Shown here in pieces: positions 55,600-64,000 of a stretch of 64,000 nt of DNA. The notes below the pieces were generated by a model. That model made no database searches. It had not been told where the DNA came from and was given only the letters and a program-made list of their open reading frames with translations. The stretch is from the human T2T-CHM13v2.0 reference genome, Homo sapiens: NCBI RefSeq assembly GCF_009914755.1, contig NC_060925.1. The stretch is one strand, 5' to 3'. The position numbers were made by a program, and so were the translations under genes. The first letter of the stretch is position 1; each line of letters starts with the position of its first letter.

Positions 55600-58500
55600 C
55601 ACTACAGAAATAAACCATATTGTACACAATTTTTCTTGCATCTTACTTTTTTCTGAATCAGTAGTAACTTTTGGAAATCCATTAGGTCTGAAAGTATAGC
55701 TGAATAATATTCTGTGCTGTGGATTACCGTGGTTTATTCCTTTGTGTACATATTTTTGCCACTACAAAGAATGCTGCAATAAACATCTGGATTCACATGT
55801 CCTTATTTACTGGCAGCTGTATTTCTATGGAATATATACGAAGGAGTGGGATTGCTTGGTCAAAAGGTTTATGTATTTTTACATTTTAATAAATGTTGCC
55901 CAATTGCTTTCTTAAAAAGCTGTACCAATTTACATTTTTAGCAGCAATGTAGAACATGCTTTGTTCCACATATCCCTACCAACAGTGTTATCATTATTTA
56001 AAATTTGTGTTGGCCTCATAGGGTTAAAGTGATCATTTATTATTACTTCAGTTTCTGTTTCCCTGTTAGTGAATTTAAAATATATATACACATATTTTTT
56101 GGCCATTTGGATTTACTCAACTGTGAATAGCTTATTTATATCTGTTGCTCATTTTTCTTGTCAGGTGGTTGTTTGTTTCTTATCAATTTTTAAAGCTCTC
56201 TTCATATAATTGTAGCTTTTAAACTCTTATCTGTCATCTGCATTGCAAACATGTTTCCTACATCTACCATTTGTTTACTGTCTTTATTAATAGTATCTTC
56301 TGCTACACAAGTTTTTTATTAGTTTCTTTCCTGGTCTTCCCCAGAAATCCTAGTAAAACAGTAATATCATATTATTTTTAACACTTTAATCCATTGATTT
56401 TTTTGTAAATAACATGAGATGGGTTTATTAATTTTTTTAGAATGAATAGCGGCTTGGGGAGAAATTTTGTAAACAGGTCACCTTTTTTTCTCCCTGAAAT
56501 TGAATAACCCCTGGACCAATATCCAATTCTAATGTATACACTCTGTCTTTTCTGGATTCTCTCTCTGTTCCACTGATTTACTTTTTCATATATCTGCCAT
56601 CCCTATATTGTTTTGATTTCAGTATCTTTATGGTATATCTGGATACCTGGTTAGGTAAATATTCCCTTATTTTAATTTTAGTTTATTCATAGGATTTTCA
56701 TTCCATATGAACTTTAAGTTTTTATGCAATTCAAGTTGAAATGAAACATAACTGAATCTTGGAATTCTATTGAGAATGACATCATGTGTATGTGTGTGTG
56801 TATGTGTAAACAAACATATACATACGTCCTTATCTTAGGAAGACTAATTTTTATATTAATTTATTCCATTTGAAAACAGGGCATGTAATTTTATTGTTTC
56901 AGATCATTTTTCATTCTTACAACAGGATTTATAGCTTTCATGGGCTCTATCCCTTGCTTATTCTATTTAGTTTACATTGTCATTTTCAAGGCATTTTTTT
57001 TCTCCTCTTTCTTTTTCCAAGTATGTTACTAGGAAGGAAAAATTTATTAAGTCTGCTTACCTTGTTTATACACAGTCATTCTATCAAATATTCTTATCAA
57101 TGCCAGTAGTTTTTTTCTCTTTGTAAATCTCTTGGATTTTTAAGTACATAATCGTATCAGCAAAATGGAGATAATTTTATCTCTTCATTTACAAAATTTC
57201 TAACAACTCATTTCCTTATCTCACTGTTTTCATTGGAGTTTTCAAATTAATATTGAATAAACATAGTGATAACAAGCTTTCTGTTTGATTCCTGGGTTTT
57301 ATTGGATTCTTTCTATCGTTTCGATGTTGAGAATACATTGACTCTTGGTTTTGGTAAATATCGGAAATATTTCCATTAACTTTTCTGTCTTACCTAAAGA
57401 TTTTTATTGGGATTAGCTGTTAAATATTATCAAATGTCACTCCAACATCTATTAATGTGATCATATGAGATATTCTGGAATTTGCTGAAATACTAAATTA
57501 TGTGGATGCTAATTTGAACCTCTTCTTGCACACCCAGAGTAAACCCTACTTGGCCAGTTTGGGGTTTTCTGTTGACATACAGCTGGGTTCTGTTTGTTAA
57601 TATTCTATTTAAAATATTCACATGTATATTCCTCCGTGTGATTGATCTATTTCAATCATGTTGATACTTAATTTATGCTAGATTTATATAAAATTGGGAA
57701 ACTTTCCATATTTTCTGTAGTATAGATAGGATGAATTTCATTTTTTAAAAGGAGGTTTGATAGACCTCATCTATGAGAATATCTGTTGGATCTAACTTGC
57801 CTTCCATTCACTTCTGTAGAAACTGGCCAACAAAAGTTTCTTTAGTTTACATTGATAACTTTGAATTTCACTAAATATGATCCTTTCCCACTAGCATTTA
57901 AAGTTAAATGCCATAGATTTGTTCACAATATATCTTAATATTATTTTAATTCTTTCTGGAGTTGTGTGTGGTTGTCTCATTTCTCATTCCTAAAAATATT
58001 AATTTTTTTCTTTTTTTTCCTTTTGGAACTAAGATTAACATATTTATCTAATTTAATGTTCTTTAAAAATAGCTTGGGCTGGGCACCGTGGCTCCCGCCT
58101 GTAATCCCAACACTTTGGGAGGCCAAGGTGGGTGGATCACCTGAGGTCAGGAGTTCAAAACCAGCCTGGCCAATGTGGTGAAACCCCGTCTCTACTAAAA
58201 ATACAAAAATCAGCCGAGCGTGGTGGCGGGTCTGTAATCCCAGTTACTCAGGAGGCTGAGGCAGGAGAATCGCTTGAACCCAGGAGGCAGAGGTTGCAGT
58301 GAGCTGAGATTGTGCCAATTGCACTCCAGCCTGGGCGACAAGGGCAAAACTCCATCTCAAAAAATAAAATAAAATAAAGTAAAATAAAATAAAAAATAAA
58401 AGAATAACTTTTGGGATTCTGTCTCAATTTTATTATTATATTTTACAAGATGTTTGTACTTTTAATCTCAGCATCATCTTTCTTAATTTCCTCTTTCTAC

Positions 58501-58930
58501 TTTCTCTTGTTTTGTCATTATCATTTTAATTCTTATGAAGCCTACTAACCTAAATTACTTTTAGTTCTTCTTCTTTAATAACAGGCATTTAAAAGCTATG
58601 CATATTTCTTTGAATAAAATTTTCATGTTTGACCTATTATATTCAGTGAAATGCACAAATCATAAAGGTACCGTTCAGTTTTGATAAATGCATTTACCAT
58701 GTGACTTATATCTCATTAAGATAAAGAAAATTTTCACCACCTCAGAGAGTTCACTCATGACCTTTTCTAGGAAATCCCTTCCCACTCCTAGACAACATTG
58801 TTCTGATTTCTATACACCATAGACAGATCTTGCTGTGTTTGAATTTCATATAAATTGAATAATTTAATAATTCATTTAAATGTAAGCTTTCTTTCATTTA
58901 GAATAATGTTTTTGAAATTCACTTATTTTA
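55600..58930 (-). mobile_element. Ancient L1ME-type fragments, antisense
   Basis: AATGCTGCAATAAACATC, GGAGTGGGATTGCTTGGTCAAAAGG, TTCCATATGAACTTTAA, AAACCCTACTTGG. Confidence 0.7.
58077..58400 (+). mobile_element. AluS (Sx/Sq) with (AAAAT)n tail
   Basis: Full-length sense Alu. Confidence 0.93.
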
Positions 58931-60251
58931 AAAAACAGGCTTTTTTTTTTTTAGAAGAGTTTTAAGTTCATAGCAAAATTCACTGAAGGGTACAGAAATT
59001 TCCCACATACCCTTTACCCCTGCCTCCATACATGAAAAGCTTCCCGCAATATCAACATCCCCCACCAGAGTTTTTTTAAAATTGACAAACTCACATTGAT
59101 ACATCATTATCTCCTAGAGTTGATAATTTAATTTAGGGTTCACTTTTGGTGTTGTACATCCTATGACTTTGAACAAAATCCACCAGCATAGTAATCATAC
59201 AGAGGAGTTTCATTTTCACTGCCCTAAAAATTCTCTGTATTTCACCTAATTCATCCCTCCCTCCCCGACCGCATGGTAACCTCTGATGTTTCTCCTATCC
59301 CCATAGTTTTGCCTTTTCGAGAAGTCATATACTTGGAATCACATAGCATATAATATATTTGGATTTTTTTTTTCACTTAGTGGTATTAATTTAAGTGTCA
59401 CTCATGTCTTTTCATGGCTTGATGGCTCATTTCTTCTTAGTGCTGAATAATATTGTTACTTAAGAATTTATATAAATAACAGAATATATTTAGATATTTA
59501 AATATAAATATATCCAAATATATCAAATATATTAATATATATTTAATATATAAATATAAATATTTGATATATTTAATATATTAATATATATTTAATATAT
59601 GAATATAAATATTGATATATTTAATATATTTGGATATACTTAAATTTCAAAAACAGAATATTATTTTTAAAATTAAATTACCATCACTTAATATGATTAT
59701 TAATATGAAACAAATTAATATCATTAAATAAAAGAAGCCAATCTAAATAAACTCCAGACTGTATGATTCCACAGTGTACTTCCATTCATCTCATGAAGGA
59801 CATCTTTGTTGCTTGCAAGTTTTGACAATAACGAATAAAGCCTCTATAAACCTCTGTGTAGGTTTTTGTGTGGACATGTTTTTGATTCCTTTGGATAATA
59901 AGAAGGAGCACAATTACTGGATCATATGGTAGGAGTATGTTTAGCTTTGTGAGAAATTGCCAAACTGTCTTCCAAAGTGGCTGTACTGTTTCTCACACCA
60001 GAAATGAACAAGAGTTCTTGTTATTCCACATCCTTGCCAGCATTTGGTGCTCTCAGTGTTCTGGATTTGGGCCATTCTAAGAGGTAGTATCTTATTGTTA
60101 TCTTAATTTGCATTTTCCTGATGACATGTAATGTGAAGCATCTTTTCATACGCTTATTTGTCATTTGTGTATCTTCTCTGATGAGGTGTCTGTTACGGTC
60201 TTTGACCCGTTTTTTAATTGGGTTGTTTGTTTTCTCATTGCTGAGTTTTAA

Positions 60252-60819
<568 letters not shown>

Positions 60820-61457
60820 TCTTGTGTTATCTTTTACAAGTTTTATAGTTCTGTGTTTTACATTCGGTTCTGTGATTTCTTTTGGGTTTTATGAAGGATG
60901 TAAGAACTGCATCTCGATTCATTTTTTTACATGTGGATACTCAGTTGTCCAGCATCATTTGTTGAAAAGACCTTTTTTTCTCCATTGTATTTCCTTTGCT
61001 TCATCGTCGAAGAACTGTTGACCATATCTATATGGGTCTGTTTCTGGGCTTTCTTTTCTGTTCCATTGATTGATTTGTCTATTCTTTCTCCACATTGTCT
61101 TAATTACTGTAGCTTTATAGTAAGTCTTGAAGTCAGGGATTATCAGTCCTCTGACTTTTTTACCTGCAATATTATGTTGGCTATTCTAGGTCTTTTGCAT
61201 CACCATATAAACTTAAGCATCAGTTTGTCGATAGCCACTGGGATTTTGGTCAGGATGGCATTGAATCTGCAGATTAAGAAGCTGTGAAGGACTGACGTCT
61301 TGACTATATAGAGTCTTCGTAGCCATGAACATGAAATATCTTTCCCTTTATTTAGCTCTTTGATTTCTTTCATGAGTTTTGCCATTTTCTTCCTAGAGAT
61401 CTCATACCATTTTTTAGGCTTACACCTAAATATTTTGGGGTGCTAATATAAATAGTA

Positions 61458-61654
61458 CAGGTTGAGTAACCCTAATCTGAAAAGGTGAAATCCAAAATGT
61501 TCTAAAATCCAAAAAGTTTTGAGCACCAACAAGATGCTTCTTATTTTTGGATTAGGGTGCTGAGTTGGCATAATGCAAATTCTTCAAAATCTGAAACAAT
61601 ATGAAATCTTAAATATTTCAGTCCAAAGATTGAAAATAAAGGATATTCAACCTG
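61458..61654. mobile_element. Tigger4a-like (TcMar-Tigger) MITE
   Basis: TIRs CAGGTTGAGTA...TATTCAACCTG flanked by TA on both sides. Confidence 0.85.
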
Positions 61655-62097
61655 TATTGTGTTTTTAATTTCAAATTCCACTTGTTCATTACTGGTATAG
61701 AGGATACCAATTGATTTTTGTATATTGACTTATATTCTGCATTCTTACTCAGATTGTTCAGTAGTTCCAGGAGTTATTTTGTTAATTCTTTTGGATTTTC
61801 TTATTATATTTCTTATTTTACTTTTTAAAATGCTTGTCCTAGAGTTTCCAATATATGTTTACAGTTAATCCCAGTCCACTTTCAAATAACATTATACTAC
61901 TTCACTGCTAGTGCCAGTACCTTATAATAATACAAAATAATTCTAAATTTTCCCTCCTGTTCTCGTATCATTGCGGTCAATCATTTCACTTGCACATAAG
62001 CATACACAATCGAGTACAGTATATTGATGCTATTATTATTTTGAGCAAACTGTTATCTGTTACATCAATTAAGGATTTTTTTTTTTTTTTTTTAGAA

Positions 62098-62403
62098 GGG
62101 CAGGGACAGTGGTTCATACCTATAATCCCAGCACATTGGGAGGCAGAGGCAGGAGGATCACTTGAGCCCAGGAGTTTGAGACCTGCCTGGGCAACATAGG
62201 GAGACCCTGTGTCTACAAAAAATGTTTTAAAATTAGGCGGGTATGGTGGAACATGTCTGTGGTCCCAGCTACTAGGAAGGCTGAGGTGGAGAATCGCTGG
62301 GCTCAGTAGTTCAGGGCTGCAGTGAGCTGTGATCATGCCACTGTACTCCAGCCTGGGTGACAGAGTGAGATCCCATCTCAAAACAAAAACAAAAACAAAA
62401 AAG
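62098..62403 (+). mobile_element. AluJ
   Basis: GGATCACTTGAGCCCAGGAGTTTGAG, GCAGTGAGCTGTGATCATGCC. Confidence 0.92.
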
Positions 62404-64000
62404 AGTAAACTTTTTTTTTATAATTTTACCTTCACTTATTCTTTCACTTAAACTCTGCCTTTCCGTATGTAGATTTGAGTTTCTGATCCATATCATTTCT
62501 CTTCTCTCTAAAATACTTCTTTTAACACTTGCAAGGAAGGTCAACTAACAACAGATTTCTTCAATTTTTGTTTGTCAGAAAAATATTTCTCCTTTACTTT
62601 TGAAGGATAATTTCCCAGCGTATGAAATTGAGGTTAGTGGATTTTTTTCTCTCAGTATTTTAAATATTTCACTCCACTTTCTTCTTGTTTGCATGGTTTT
62701 CAAGAAGTTCGATGTAATTATTATTTTTGCTCCTCTGTAGGTAAGGTGTTCTTTTTCCCTCTATCCTCTCTAAGAATTTTTTCTTTATCCTAATTTTTTT
62801 GTAGTTTGAAAATAATATGCCTAGGTGTAGGTTTCTTTGACATTTATCTTGAATGGTGTTCTCTGCGATTCCATTAATTTGAAGAAATTCTCTGTCATTA
62901 TTGTTTCATATATGTCTCCATTTCCTTTCTTTCTTTATTCTTCCAGTATTCTCATTATATGTAGGTTACACTTTTTGTAGTTGTCCCACAATTCTTGAAT
63001 TTTCTGTTCTGTTTTTCAGTCTTTTTTTTTCTCTTCACTTTCAGTTTTGGAGGTTTCTATTGACATACTCTCAAGCTCACAAATTCTTTCCTCAGACATG
63101 TCCACTCTATTAATGAACCCGTCAAGGCATTCTTCATTTCTGTTACAGTGGTTTTGATCTCTAGCAGTTTCTTTTCTTTTTTTTTTTTGTAGTTATTTCT
63201 AAAAAATTTAATCTCTCTGCTTATATTGTCTCTGTTCTTACATGGTGTCTACTTCAATTAGAGTCCTCAGCATATTAGTCATAATTGTTCAAATTCCCAA
63301 TTTGATCATCTCAGCAGCTCTGCCATACTTGAGTTTGGTTCTGATACTTACTCTGTCTCTTTTAACTGTGTTTATTTTTTATTTTTTTGCCTTTTGGTAT
63401 GTGATTTTTTTCTTGAAAGCCAGACATAATGTACTGGGTACAAATAACTGTTGTAAATAGGCTTTTAGTAATGTGGTGGTAAGGTATGAGGGGAGGAGAA
63501 GTATTTTACATTGCCATGATTCCATTTCAGTCTTTTAGCGAGCCTGTGCTTCCAACTGTGACTGTGAACTTCACACCTGCTTCTCAGTACCTCAGTAACT
63601 CCCCACCCCATTAGATGGGACAGGATGGCTAGAGGACTGGAGTTGCTTATTTCTCTTCTTCCGTGTGGAAGGATAGAGGGGTCTGGGGTTGAATATTTAG
63701 TCTCCGATAAAACCCCAGCAGGTAGGCTGTGGTTAAATAATTTCTCCTGAGGGCAGATCTTCCCTAGTAAGAATAGAATGCTCTGATATGTTTCAAAATG
63801 ATTCCTTATTTAACTTTTCCCTGTCTGAAGCATGAGGGAATTTCTCCCAGTATTCACTGTTGTGAGTCTCCTCACAAAACTGTGGAGACCTCCAATGACT
63901 GGATCCCTTTGCAAGTTTTATCTCTTGGTCTTGTCTACACTATGTCTTCAGTAATTCATCAATTACATTTCAGGTTTCCCTACATAGTTTCCTTGGTGGT

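Overview
Primate, almost certainly human, genomic DNA that is AT-rich and dominated by interspersed repeats (Alu, L1, L2, MIR, MaLR/ERVL LTRs, hAT and Tigger fossils). The only coding signal I can support is a short + strand exon end at 35923-35956. It reads MMNPRAKRDFY(L) and is followed by a GTGAGT donor. From memory this is the N-terminus of KCNK2 (TREK-1) isoform a, so the window would be the distal first exon of KCNK2 (1q41) with about 35 kb of upstream flank and about 28 kb of intron 1. The ORF-track entries I examined are repeat-derived or chance ORFs. I found no evidence of a wholly new multi-gene system. The best leads are: (i) a dense uORF architecture in front of a weak isoform-a start codon; (ii) a 3' splice site in front of this 'first' exon plus a sense full-length THE1A with intact LTR donors upstream; (iii) a candidate 27-nt in-frame microexon and a candidate recursive splice site in intron 1; (iv) several fold-back or template-switch scars and a double Alu insertion with a triplicated target site. 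Repeat family names are recalled from consensus sequences, not from a search, and boundaries of old repeats are approximate.
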